A program made the translations under genes and the position numbers. Positions 29,878-43,300 of a stretch of 64,000 nt of DNA are shown here, in pieces. The first letter of the stretch is position 1. Every line of letters starts with the position of its first letter. A model generated the notes under the pieces. The model made no database searches, was not told the origin of the DNA, and saw only the letters and a program-made list of their open reading frames with translations. The stretch comes from Hormiphora californensis (Eukaryota > Animalia > Ctenophora). Where the stretch lies: assembly GCA_020137815.1 (NCBI GenBank), contig CM035356.1:558001-622000 (forward strand), in the 5' to 3' direction.

Positions 29878-32800
29878 GAGGTAGAGCAGAGATATACTAT
29901 ATAGTAGATGAGAGGAGAGCGATATAGAGATAGAGAGATTATATCTGAGAGAGAGAGCTCTCTGCTCCTCGAGCGCGCTTTACTCGCATTCTCGCTATCT
30001 CTCTCTCGCTATCATCTCTCCTAGCTCCTTCTATCTCTCGTTTAATCCTCTGAAACTCCTCCGGTCTTCGGTTCTCACTAACATCTTCTCTATCTCGCTC
30101 GCATCTCTCTCTTCCTTGCTCTCGCTCTCTCGGCTCGCTCTTTCTCCCTCTTCTCTCTCTCTCTCCGCGCTACCGCCAGCGCTTGCAGCAGCGAGATCGA
30201 CCCGACCTATCCATTTTAACGGTACATGACAGAGACCATACTTTGCTTGTACAAGATACCTCACACACACAAAATTTATACCACCATGTATTCTGTGTCA
30301 CGTGAGAGATAATATCGGTTTTCATGAGCCGCAAAATCTGAGAAGAATTATGTCTTCTGTCCAGCTTGACATGCACGGGGGCTGGTCGCAAATCCCGTCT
30401 CTCGGCGTATTTTCATCTTAATTCCTAACTAACCTTGTCAGTGACATCGTATACAATGATAATCCCCTGGGCTCCCCGGTAGTAACTAGACGTGTGGTCC
30501 TGAATCTCTCCTGGCCAGCAGTGTCCCAAATCTGTAACTTTATAATCGTCCTTAACCATCAAAATTACCAGCTTGCTCTAATAAATCGTATCGGAGTTTT
30601 TCTGAGGGGTGAGTCAGGGGGTAGAGACATGGTTTCTCAAATGGTCAAAAAGAATAGTTTGGACAGGAAGAGAATGTAGAGGTGTGTTTGATAGGTGGTT
30701 AACTGGTTTCGCAATGGTATGACGTCATAAGTAGTGTGTCGGTCTGTAATGAGGGTCAGGGGTTATAGCCGAGAGGAGGGACAGAGATAGGTGAGGGGGG
30801 AAGATATAGAGAGGATAACAAATGGCATGTGAGGCAGATGAAATTAGGTGAGATAAAGGGAAGCAGCTGTGATGAGATGAAATCTGTAAAATGATCAGGT
30901 GTGACTCCGAGGTCACACACAAAACGCCTACCTCGATGTTATCCTGCCTACTGTTACTAACCAACCTATTTCTCTTACTCTCTCTTCTCTCTCTCCTCCC
31001 TCTTTCTCCTTTCTCGCTCTCTCGCTCTCCTTCTCTTTCTCTCTTTTGCTCTTTCTGCCTTCTACCCCCCCTTTCTTTCCCTGAGGGGAAGTCAGAGAGG
31101 TAGAGTCGAGAGATAGACGATAAAGATAGTGAGAGAGAAAGAGATTAGTGAGAGATCTTGGATCCAGGCTGTGCTGTAATCTGATCCCTAATTTGTCCCT
31201 GCAGAGTCTTGTGACCCGGACATTGGTATGCTACACTATTGTCGAATTACTTCACAGAGTAAAAGTATCGCTCACGCGACACGATTCACATGACAGTCGA
31301 CATTCTTGAGCTTTGCTTCAAACTTCAGACAATATCGAAAACATTTTTTTATGACAATTCTATTTCGTGGATGCATCACAACCCCCTTTCCTACATTCAG
31401 TACCTGACAATACAGTACCTGACAATACAGTACATAAAATGACCCGGGGTATTGAGAAGGAAAATCTAATTTTCTCAACAGTCAACACACACGAAAGTCT
31501 AGAAAGCCAGGGGATAGTCCCCGGGTGATCTAATACTTTGAAAAGTTACGACATTGAAGATCTATGATACTGCGTGGAATTATTTCCTCATCCAGAAAGA
31601 TGTGAAAAGAAGGAGCGGTCAAAGTTCTTGAAGTATGACGTCACTAAAGAGAATTCCAAGAGTTGATAGTTATGTGCGTCAACAGAAAGAGAGATAGCAC
31701 ACCTTTCTATCTTTATAATGCCGGGTGGTAAAGTGATACTGCTGTATGGTTCTTTGACGTCAAAGATTTTGAAAATCATCGCGGTTATAGAAATAAAAAT
31801 ATAAAATATAAGTTGCGAAAATATACTTTATGGTGATTCACATTGGTGAAAGAATTGCTGTGAGAAATGAGACAGAGAGATAGGAATTAGCATTGCCACT
31901 TGCATACGTGTACAATAGTGAAATATGAGACACTATAGGAAACACGACACCTGCTCAGTCCCACTGCAGAGATAGGAAGATAAAAGAGAACGGGGCATGT
32001 AGTGAGATTATCATTCTAATTAACGAAGGCCCATAACTCCAATTAGTGAATGATATGAGGGAAATAAAAACACTGAATGTTTACACGGTGTTATGTAGGG
32101 GAATTACATAGATCTGTGTATCTTTCAGTTGGGGACATGACACATGTATGTTTTAATGAATCTATCTTTTAGTTTGTCTGTTTCTGACTGTGTCTGTTTG
32201 TCTGTTTCTGAGTGTGTCTGTTTGTCTGTTTAATTGTCTGACCAGTGATCTTGTTAGAAGTGTCGTCTTTACTTACAAAATCGACTCCGATGGTACTGAT
32301 GTAGCTCTCTGTATAGGTATCATCCTGAAGAGAGGAAGGGGTCATAGTTAGATTGTTAACACAGTAGTAATAGAATAATAGACAGTAGAAGCAAGTAGGG
32401 AAAACAGGGGGAAGTAGTGCGTCAGTAGAATAATAGAGAGATACAGTGGTAGACAGCTAAGACAAGAGAGAGAGATAGCTAGCGAAGGAGAGAGACAAAG
32501 AGAGATAGGGATGGTAAGCGAAGGAGAATTATACACTCAAGAAATATAGAAATAGTATTGTGCCCCCTGTGTGTAGGTGGTGGCTTCCAGTAATCGCATA
32601 CCAATTACACAAGCTAATTACTCCCTCTCTTATACACTATCATGTTTTTCTCTCTACAAAGTATTTCTCTCTAGCTCTATCATCTCTTCTTTACCTCAAA
32701 TGTATACACACACACAGACTAGATCATTGGCAATAGCCCTTTAAAAACTATAGCCAGACTGGACCTAAATAAACACAGTACACACACATCTCTCTCAATT

Positions 32801-33610
32801 CTCAACTCACATAACATCTTGGCCAAATATGGGTTTAGAAAGAGGCTAATACTGCCCAAATATGGGACGAATGAACTTACCGCGAATCTCAGCAGAAGAC
32901 ATGACTTTCCAACACCAGAATCACCGATCAGTAATAATTTAAACAGGTAGTCACTGGGGGGGGGGGGGTAGAGGATTAAATCATTGAACAACCCCACAAG
33001 AGAGAACATGTAACTATTGTGATCAGTAAATTGAGGTGTTTTCTGCACACGCTGCACTCTCATTCAGCGTGGTGAGTGGTGAGGGGTGTGCATCTGATCT
33101 ATTCCGGGGAAGTAATGTTGCTAAAGTGTAGTGAAGTGATGTGAAGTGATGTGACTTTCTAAACACAACTCTTTGACAAAACCCATTAGCCATCTTGTGA
33201 GTGTGTGTGGTATTGTTATAGAAGTGTGACATTATGAGGTAGAACACAGGGCCAAGAAGAGGAGGGTGGTGCTGGATTTACAATTTGGGGAATCACTCCC
33301 TACTTTGTACAGACAATAGACAGGTACTACTGCACCCAGTGATTCTAAACAATAGTATTAGTATTCTGGATACAGTGTGTAATTTGGGTAGCGAATAGGA
33401 TTGGGATAGGATTGCATATTACAAATGTTCAAAGGAGCACACACCCAGGTCCCCACCCTCCCCTAGGTGCAGTACAATTAGTACAAACTATTGTCTAATT
33501 ATGCAGCATTCAGAAGTGCGGGATACCAAACAGACAACTAACCCAACCACGATCCTGGACCCCCCCCCTTGAACCCAGTGGTGTACTTACTATTCTGGGC
33601 TCATAGCCAT
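28569..33610 (-). CDS. RAB1: Rab1 small GTPase, 7 coding exons (exon 4 corrupted by indels in this sequence)
   Basis: Exons 33610-33591 (MAMSPEY), 32953-32881 ([24 protein letters not shown]), 32324-32277 ([16 protein letters not shown]), 30601-30434 (..[15 protein letters not shown]..), 29176-29045 (..[10 protein letters not shown]..), 28902-28799 (..PFLETSAK..), 28662-28569 (..GPGCC*). Confidence 0.95.
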
Positions 33611-34623
33611 GGTGCCACGGGGATTTTGAGTGGCTAGAGAACAGTGGACGGGTTAGGAAATGATAATAATATAATCGAATGTTTTGAGGAATGTTTTGAA
33701 GGGCAGAAAGGGGTTTAGAAAGTTAGCGATGGCAGTCAAAGTGCCGATGGACAGCTTAAAGAGAGATGGTGGAGAATGATACAAGAACTGCCTTTGCAAT
33801 GTGAAAGATAAATAAAGAGCTCCTCATTTCTTAGAATTACCACAGTTCAGTTGTAAAACATAGTTCGTGGTATTGGTAATCATTATTATCGATAAAGTAT
33901 ATAACAGGGCGATACTCGGACTGTTAAAAGAGGGATGATTTATTCTTTTAACATTGACAATGAAACAGTTTTATGTCCTAAGATAAACAATTGGCAAAAT
34001 AGAAGCTAGGGTAAAGTGAGTTACAACTCACTGATATCTGGATAAATATGGGGAAAACGGCGACTTGGTACATGTTGCATTTCACATGTTGTAATTCCAA
34101 GTTACGTAATAAAATTCAAGATAATATTATCACGTGACACGTCTTACGAGCATCAGATCATGCATCAAGTTCAAATAATTTATCAATAAAATTAATAAGT
34201 TAGTATTACTTCGTAAACAATTATGATATGTTGGGCGGTTTCGACGAAGTGGTAAATTCAGCCAAATATGAGAGGTTCGCATGGGCCATCCACCATGAGC
34301 CATCCGCCATGGCTTTTATTTACAATGGGTTGGGGAAAGCTCTAACATCTAAAATTTTATTAAATTACAGTGTTTTCAAGTGGCCAACGATGTATTTTAA
34401 ATGCTTCCAGCCCGTGTCGGGCGGAGGGTCAGCTTAGTTTGACCACGAGAACTACCAACGTATTTTTAGTTTTCTTTTAGAACCTATCCTAAGAACGAAC
34501 GGTAACCCGTTAAAAGTTTCAGAGGAGTCAATGAGTGCAAAAAAGGCAGCATGTGATGCTTGCCATACGCTTTGGACTGGAGTTCCGGGATTCAGAGCGC
34601 GGACTTCGTGCAATTTTGAAAAT

Positions 34624-36723
34624 AAGGAACCATAATAAAGTTCAAGAGCGCACCCGGGCGCGATTATAATCTGGGTGCCTTACAGCCTGTTTACAGGTGC
34701 GCGCTGCCAAAAGAGTATACTTAGACCGACTTTTTTCAAACGGCTATAGCCATGGAACCACATGGCCGATTTGTGTAAACTAAACGGTATTTATTTATTA
34801 TTATTATTATTATTTATTCAATCTAATTTGTATACATTGAATCACAATCAATATACACGCCCCTTCTTGCGGGCAAAATCGGATATTCAATAAATTCAGA
34901 CCTCCTGATAGAAATTAAGGCTATTTAGATAAAGATAGCAGTTATAAAATAGTTGATAATTAAAGTATAAAAGTATAAAAGTTATTAATTAGATTAAGTT
35001 GAGTAATTGGATAATAAGGATAATATAGTAAGTAGACGATTAAATAATTAAGTGAGAATTAAGTGTAATAAATTAAATAAAAACTGTGGTAAAAAGATTA
35101 AAAAGCATGAGATGGCCGATGCAATGAGGGAATGAGAACAATTAATAAAGCTAACAGCCTCGAGATTAACGGTTAATAGTAAACTAATAAAACTGTGATA
35201 ATAATGATTAGACGGGAGATGGGTGGTGGGAAGGGTGATGAGAGGATAGAACTTAAAGGTGATATCAATAGTAATTAAAGCTAACATTAAAGCATGATAT
35301 TAATCTCGGTAGTTAAATAAAGGATAGGGCTACTGGGTTAGAAGATCATCTCCAAATGCTAGGCTATCATAGACTTCACTGACTAACATTCTAAACTTGT
35401 GTTTGAGGTTTCTATCTCTAGTGAAGATCAAAGGTATGTGAAAATTGGCATTGCAGACCGAGAGGGGTAGACACTGGTCCCTAAGAGCTGTCACTGCACC
35501 AGCCGCCGTACACTGGAATAGTTTATGGTATGGAGAGTCCAACTGCTCACCACATTCCAAGCAGTAGGGTTCTTCATTCGCCTGGCCACGACCCTGGACG
35601 GAAAATGCAAAGTTCTGGAACCTTAAATTGTGTCCGTGTATGAAATCAAGGATCCTCGTTGAAGTTTCTCTGTTCATTGATCTTGTAACAAGTGGGCAAG
35701 CAGCAACGGCGCCCGTGTCCACATATTTTTCCAAGTCTTCAATCAATCCAGTTGTTTGACCTCTCATAATGTCTGGAAGGGATGCTCGAACGTAGTCGTC
35801 CCATATCTTGGAGAAGTATGCATCCATATCTTCTTTGGAGTAGTGAAATCTTTCCGAATCATACGTCATGAGGTCGCACTGCCTTAAAAAGGACCGTCTT
35901 CCTGTCTCCCTCCCAAGGTCTCCATTCTGTTCACAATCTGCCCACTCGAGGTACCTCTTGACATTCGTCGTGTGATGGTAGAAGTAGTGACTAGGCTCGG
36001 ACTCAATTTGGTAGAGTTTAGCAGTCATCGTGTCCCCTGCTTTTAGTCCTTTAAGGATGAATTTCGTTGTTAGAATATCCAGGGTCAGTTTCAGTGGAGG
36101 AACACCTGTTAGCATATCTGACAGTACGCCTGAGATGTGGAACTGGCTGCCGAGGATTTTCAGTTTTGCTCTAGCAAGAAGGTCCTTAAAATAGTCCAAG
36201 CTCTGGCTGAAACTAAACGGTATCAGTTAGAGAATCGATAGCTCTAACCGGTAACCCCAAACCAAACCCTAACCAGACCCTAACGGATAGCCCTAACCCG
36301 TCGCGCGCGCCAAAACTACGAATTGTTAGCAATGAAAGGCACCCAGATTTTAACGTTTTCCAGCGCACCCCATCCAAGAGCGCACCACCTCCAAGAGACA
36401 CCACTCCGAGAGCGCACCACATCAAAGAGAGCTCCCCATCCAGAAGATACCGCGCGCAGGGGACACCACGCGCAGAAGAGACCGCACGCGCAAATACAAC
36501 GCCGCGCTGGTCTCTTCTGCGCGTGGTATCCCCTGCGCGTGGTATCTTCTGGATGGGGAGCTCTCTTTGATGTGGTGCGCTCTTGAAGTGGTGTCTTCTG
36601 GAGGTGGTGCGCTCTTGGATGTGGTCTCTTTTGGGTGTGGTGCGCTCTCAGGTGTGGTCTCTCTTCGATCGGGTGCGCTCTTGGGTGCTCTTGGAGGCTC
36701 TTGAACTTTATTATGGTTCCTTA
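34624..36723. mobile_element. TIR DNA element (26-bp TIR TAAGGAACCATAATAAAGTTCAAGAG) interrupted by a LINE
   Basis: TIRs at 34624-34649 and 36698-36723; internal CCCTAAC-like repeats (36252-36300) and a long internal palindrome (~36408-36583). Confidence 0.7.
34791..36209 (-). mobile_element. 5'-truncated non-LTR retrotransposon (LINE): ORF2 C-terminus, 3'UTR and (AAT)n tail
   Basis: ORF 35330-36199 with CCHC-type motif CLECGEQLDSPYHKLFQC; (TAA)n tail at 34791-34818; 14-bp TSD AAACTAAACGGTAT at 34777-34790 and 36210-36223. Confidence 0.85.
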
Positions 36724-37346
36724 TCTGAAAAAAACGTTTTGCGAAATTTCTCGTCGTCCGAACAAACTTTTTAAAAACGAGATTTTTCACAGCTGTGCGC
36801 GCGGGTTCTGACGCGCAAATACTTGGCGCGCGTGATATATTAATTTGACGCCGAGTACAGTTAGATTCCTATTTAAATTTGTAAAGGGTGTCCCCAAAAA
36901 ACTTGACTTTGGTCTTTCACAATTAATTAATTAGTTTTCTGTATGCCATGAAGGTTAAAAGCTTCTTCGACCTTCTGGTCATCCACCGACCTGATCTGGA
37001 AGTGGGCGCACTTGAAATTTGGCAACGCCCTCCAGAAGCAGACAGAACACAGGTTGCACGTGCGTTTGCGCCGCGCATAAGGGAGATTATTCCAAATATG
37101 GCGAAGTTGGGATTACCTATCAGTGTCATTTGTTTTGTTCAAACCGGGGCGCGGGGAGGGAGGGTCGAACAAGGCAAAGTGTCATTTCACTTGTTTTCGT
37201 TCGACATTTGTATTGGTTTTTGTGCCGGTGCGTGTGCAATCTGCAAGTGCAACAAATCAATATACCGTGATAGTGTCATGACTGTATTTAATTGTTGCAC
37301 TGTCACATATATGTAGTCATACATTCTGGTTATCGTTAATATATGA

Positions 37347-37615
37347 TTAGATGACTGGTTAAAATGGTCTATTAATTTTTAGTGCACGAGGCCGAAGGCC
37401 GAGTGCTCTAAATACAACAATAATGAACCGAGACCGATAGGTCGAGGTAGATCCTTTTACTTAGCTGCCGAGCCTGCGAGGCACGCTAAGTGTAACTACT
37501 GAGCGAGCCTGCGAGCTCTGTAGTTGTACTTTTGGGCCGAGCCTGCGAGGCCTAAAAGTGAAAGAATCTTTAACATTATTGTTGTGTAATAGAGCATGTA
37601 AAAGCAGTCATCTAA
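37347..37615 (+). other. Branched fold-back element with five tandem-G.A hairpins
   Basis: Terminal arms ttagatgactg/cagtcatctaa, inner stems acaacaataatg/cattattgttgt and agatccttt/aaagaatct, five stem-GA-hairpin-GA-stem units. Confidence 0.7.
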
Positions 37616-37690
37616 TTTTATTAGATGATTTTGGAAACAAACTGAGTGAAAGAGATAAAGATTGAGTGAGAGAGAGAGAGAGAAAGAGAA

Positions 37691-37761
<71 letters not shown>

Positions 37762-37950
37762 TGTGTAGTAGTCACTACTGCACAGTGCACACTGCACACG
37801 CCCTAACCCTTATCTTTTCTTCCCCTCTGCAACTATAGGTCACGTGATCGTCACGTGATGGCACCACACCAATGAGCGTCCTGCATCTGCTTTCCCTCTC
37901 TGCCTTCGATTCTCTCTTTTCCTATCTCTCTCTCTCTCACACACACACAC

Positions 37951-38013
<63 letters not shown>

Positions 38014-38145
38014 TAATCTTTATCCCGTTCACTCAGTTTGTAATGTTTGTAATGTTCACACTGTGTGCGTGTGACTAGAAAGTGTCTAATTTTTCACATA
38101 CCACTGCAACGGTATTTTACTTTATAATTACTAGTGTTTTTGCAG

Positions 38146-38209
38146 TGGTCTAAGTTTTCACAGTACACTGTAACCGGTGTAAACGGTGTACTGTGAAAAC
38201 TTAGATCAC
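38146..38209. repeat. ~65-bp hairpin/palindrome
   Basis: tctaagttttcacagtacac...gtgtactgtgaaaacttaga. Confidence 0.6.
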
Positions 38210-39580
38210 CGGTCAAAATTGTCTAATTGTATACAACCGACTGCTAATTGTATTTGTTGAGTACTCACCATGCCAAAATTGTATGGGCATAAATAACTAG
38301 GTAATTGGGCATTCATCTACGAAACGTCTAAACAAGTTACCCTGAACAATACTAGAAACGAGGTGAATTCAATTCCATTCCCAGTTCTGCTTCGTTCGAA
38401 TCTTTCTCAGCCAGACACCTCATCGTAATGCTATAGAATTCTGGGGCCAGTCTGGACACGATATACCCGGCACCATGATGAATCCCCGGATTTTCGCACC
38501 TACTCAGTATGCTGAGAGATAAGGGGGCTGCCGGGGAACAAAAGGGATAATATATAACATGGATTTATTGACATGAATCTGGGATCTTAAAACGGCAAAT
38601 TTAGATCATCACCTTCCTCACCCCTGCAGGGCCCTGATCAATAACTTCTACTGAGGATGATCGTTCATAAAACTTTTGCAAAATCATCTTGATTTTAAAT
38701 CCAGCGACAACTTTTCTAATTATTTATTTCCCCGACAAACTCTAATTGTTTGACTCCCCAAGAATGGTAAAGGAATGAAATGGAACTGAATGAGATGATA
38801 TCCACTGAATTATATCTGGAAACTATAGACCTTCTTCGTTCATGAGGTATGTACCAACTTCTTGGCAAGAAGTTCTTGCCCTATTTTTCAACAACTAAAT
38901 TAACCAGTTCCCTGAATCCCTGATACTTTGGCCCCTACAATGCCATACTACCGCTTATAATTATAATGCTATGTGTATGGGGCCCTTCCCAAACCAAAAA
39001 CATCGCGAACCACGCGAGAAGAGAGAGAGAAATGAAGGACAATAGTGTTATCTACGGCCGTTAATTGAAAGGCAAGCGTGTTATTGTTCTACTAATACCA
39101 AGTTGATGATTTGAATTCTCTTAGATCAAGTATTTTCTATCTGAATGTAAGAAGAAAATTGTAAATATCAAACGTTGAGTCAAAGTGCGAGTGATCTTGA
39201 ACAAATGAGTTCAGACCTTACCAAGGCAGTCTGGTGGCGCTGACCACATTTTTTTCCATCCGGGTCGGCACCGCCAGACAGTTTCTTCCTCGAAATTAGA
39301 TCCTATTCCTAGACAAAGACCATTTTCTTTTGACACGTGGTACTGGCAGGGAACTATTGCCCCTAGGTCACCTAGTAGGTGCCTGTATTCTGTATGGGAA
39401 AGCCCTGTTATTATGAAAACCACACGGGACTACCATGGTTGCATCCCCAGACTAGACACACCTTGTCAATACAGTGTGTCAATATCTGCCACCTTGCACT
39501 GTAATCATGATTAACTTTACCAATACCATGTTTAGGTTAGGCCAAATGACGTCATCCTAACCCAAATATCAAAACCAATA

Positions 39581-40326
39581 GGGTAAACCGGGGCAATTCG
39601 AACAACCGGGGCAATTCGAACATAGTACTGCCCGTCTCTCACCTAGTTAAGCTATCATAATGACGTCATCCTATCTCCAGAAGAAAAATGCTCTTTCGAG
39701 CCTGCCCGTTACCACTAAATAGGCTCTAGATCCGGTTTAAGTTGGTCAATTTCCGATTTGAAAAAACCAGCTGAAAGCTAATAATATCAGCTTTCAGATG
39801 GTATAAAAATTATTTAAATATTCGCATGTTTTCATTCCAAATTCTGGTAAATTAAGATTACCGGGGCAATTCGAACAACCGGGGCAATTCGAACAGGGGC
39901 AATTTGGTTAACACCCGGGCCAATGATGTGCAGTTCTTTGTACCACGTGATCACGCGTGATACCGGGGCAATTCGAACAAGAACGACCAGCGTGTAGATT
40001 GCGTGTAGATTACATTGTTCGAATTGCCCCCACCTCTAACAACACCAGGCGGGAATCTTCTTCTGGTGTTGTGAGGACGTTCACGTGACGAAATAAAGCA
40101 CTCCTATTGGTGTTGTCCAAATTGCCCCGGTACCATTTTTTCCGACCAAAATTTTTAAATTAGTTATTTAGTTAAGTAAATGATGGTCCCTAGAGTTGAA
40201 ATTTATCTTATTTGAAAGATAAAATAATGAACTTTAATCCTATATAATTTTTTTCATTGTATCTTTTTTTAAATGGGAGTGAGAACCGATTAAGTAAAAA
40301 GTTAACCATTTTGCCCCGGTTTACCC
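39581..40326. mobile_element. TA-flanked non-autonomous DNA transposon (pogo/Fot1-like)
   Basis: ta|GGGTAAACCGGGGCAA...TTGCCCCGGTTTACCC|ta; several internal ccggggcaattcgaaca repeats. Confidence 0.8.
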
Positions 40327-40374
40327 TACATAGAAATCTAAAAGCAACAGCCATTTACCGTGAGGGTATTTCTA

Positions 40375-43300
40375 CTTTTCCACTTTGACCCACCTATACT
40401 AATCTCTAAAAAACTTTCCACTTTGACACACCTGTCACCTAATCTCTAAGAAACTTTCCACTTTGACCCACCTAATCTCTAAGAAACTTTCCACTTTGAC
40501 CCCCCTAATCTCTAAGAAAGTTTCCACTTTGACCCCCCCTAATCTCTAAGAATCTTTCCACTTTGACCCTCCTTATCTCTAAGAAACTTTCCCACTTTGA
40601 CCCTCCTAATCTCTAAGAAACTTTTCCACTTCGACCCCCTTATCTCTAAGAAACTTTCCCACTTCGACCCCCTTATCTCTAAGAAACTTTCCACTTTGAC
40701 CCTCCTTATCTCTAAGAAACTTTCCCACTTTGACCCTCCTAATCTCTAAGAAACTTTCCCACTTCGACCCCCTTATCTCTAAAAAACTTTCCCACTTTGA
40801 CCCTCCTAATCTCTAAGAAACTTTCCCACTTCGACCCCCTTATCTCTAAGAAACTTTCCACTTTGACCCTCCTTATCTCTAAGAAACTTTCCAACTTTGA
40901 CCCTCAACAAATAGAAACACGTTGGTTTACAAACAAATGTTTCGATCTTGCGATCTCTTGTGAGCTCTCTTGTGGCCTACTGAAACAACCATATCAACTT
41001 TGACCCTCCTAATCTATAAGAAACTTTTCCACTTCAACCACCTTATCTCTAAGAAACTTTCTCACTTCGACCCCCTTATCTCTAAGAAACTTTATCACTT
41101 TAACCTCCTATTCTCTAAGAAACTTTCCCACTTCGACCCCCTTATCTCTAAGAAACTTTCCCACTTTGACCCCCTTATCTCTAAGAAACTTTCCCACTTT
41201 GACCCTCCTTATCTCTAAGAAACTTTCCCACTTTGACCCTCCTAATCTCTAAGAAACTTTTCCACTTCGACCCCCTTATCTCTAAGAAATTTTCCCACTT
41301 CGACCCCCTGATCTGTAAGAAACTTTCCCACTTTGACCCTCCTAATCTCTAAGAAACTTTCCCACTTCGACCCCCTGATCTCTAAGAAACTTTCCCACTT
41401 TGACCCTCCTAATCTCTAAGAAACTTTCCCACGTCGACCCCCTTATCTCTAAGAAACTTTCCACTTTGATCCTCTCTATCTCTAAGAAACTTTCCCACTT
41501 CGACCCCTTTATCTCTAAGAAACTTTCCCACTTCGACCCCCTTATCTCTAAGAAACTTTCCCACTTCGACCCCCTGATCTCTAAGAAACTTTCCCACTTT
41601 GACCCTCCTTATCTCTAAGAAACTTTCCCACTTCGACCCCCTTATCTCTAAGAAACTTTCTCAATTTAACCTCCTATTCTCTGAGAAACTTTCCCACTTC
41701 GACCCCCTCATCTCTAAGAAACTTTCCCACTTCGACCCCCTTATCTTTAAGAAACTTTCCCACTTTGACCCTCCTTATCTCTAAGAAACTTTCCCACTTT
41801 GACCTTCCTAATCTCTATGAAACTTTCCACTTTGACCCTCCTTATCTCTAAGAAACTTTCCCACGTCGACCCCCTTATCTCTAAGAAACTTTCCACTTTG
41901 ACCCTCCTTATCTCTAAGAAACTTTCCCACTTCGACCCCCTTATCTCTAAGAAACTTTCCCACTTCGACCCCCTTATCTCTAAGAAACTTTCCCACTTTG
42001 ACCCTCCTAATCTCTAAGAAACTTTTCCACTTCGACCCCCTTATCTCTAAGAAACTTTCCCACTTCGACCCCCTTATCTCTAAGATACTTTCCACTTTGA
42101 CCCTCCTTATCTCTAAGAAACTTTCCCACTTCGACCACCTTATCTCCAAGAAACTTTCCCACTTTGATCCTCCTTATCTCTAAGAAACTTTCCCACTTTG
42201 ACCCTCCTAATCTCTAAGAAACTTTTCCACTTCGACCCCCTTATCTCTAAGAAACTTTCCCACTTTGACCCTCCTAATCTCTAAGAAACTTTCCCACTTC
42301 GACCCCCTTATCTCTAAGAAACTTTCCCACTTTGACCCTCCTAATCTCTAAGAAACTTTCCCACTTCGACCCCCTTATCTCCATGAATCTTTCCACTTTG
42401 ACCCTCCTTATCTCTAAGAAACTTTCCCACTTCGACCCCCTTATCTCTAAGAAACTTTCCCACTTTGACCCCCTTATCTCTAAGAAACTTTCCCACTTGA
42501 CCCTCCTTATCTCTCAGAAACTTTCCCACTTCGACCCCCTTATCTCTAAGAAACTTTCCACTTTGACCCTCCTTATCTCTAAGGGTCACCACACACCAAA
42601 GTTAAAATTAAAATTTGACGTTTTTGGTCATAACTCTGCCATTTCTTGGCAAAATTGCTTCTTTTTGGGCTCTTTTGAAAGAGGGCATCGAGCCTGTTCT
42701 GAAGAGCTCAAGAAACTTAAAATCGGTGCAGAGTGCGCGGCGTTACAGTGCAAAATGTGTGCGTTAAAATTTTAAAATTTTAACGCGCGCATTATGCGCC
42801 TTAACGCCGCACACTCTGCACCGATATTAAGTTTCTTGAGCTCTTCAGAACGGGCTCGATGCCCTCTTTCAAAAGAGCCCAAAAAGAAGCAATTTTGCCA
42901 AGAAATGGCAGAGTTATGACCAAAAACGTCAAATTTTAATTTTAATTTTAACTTTGGTGTGTGGTGACCCTAAGAAACTTTCCCACTTTGACCCTCCTTA
43001 TCTCTAAGAAACTTTCCCACTTCGACCCCCTTATCTCTAAGAAACTTTCCCACTTTGACCCTCCTTATCTCTAAGAAACTTTCCCACTTTGACCCTCCTT
43101 ATCTCTAAGAAACTTTTCCACTTCGACCCCCTTATCTCTACGCAACTTTCCCACTTTGACCCTCCTAATCTCTAAGAAACTTTCCCACTTCGACCCCCTT
43201 ATCTCTAAGAAACTTTCCCACTTCGACCCCTTATCTCTAAGAAACTTTCCACTTTGACCCTCCTTATCTCTAAGAAACTTTCCCACTTTGACCCTCCTTA

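Noticed and set aside
38270-38850. Exon-like plus-strand segments
   Set aside because: Could not be joined into a consistent ORF; stops in the frames tried and no recognisable motif.
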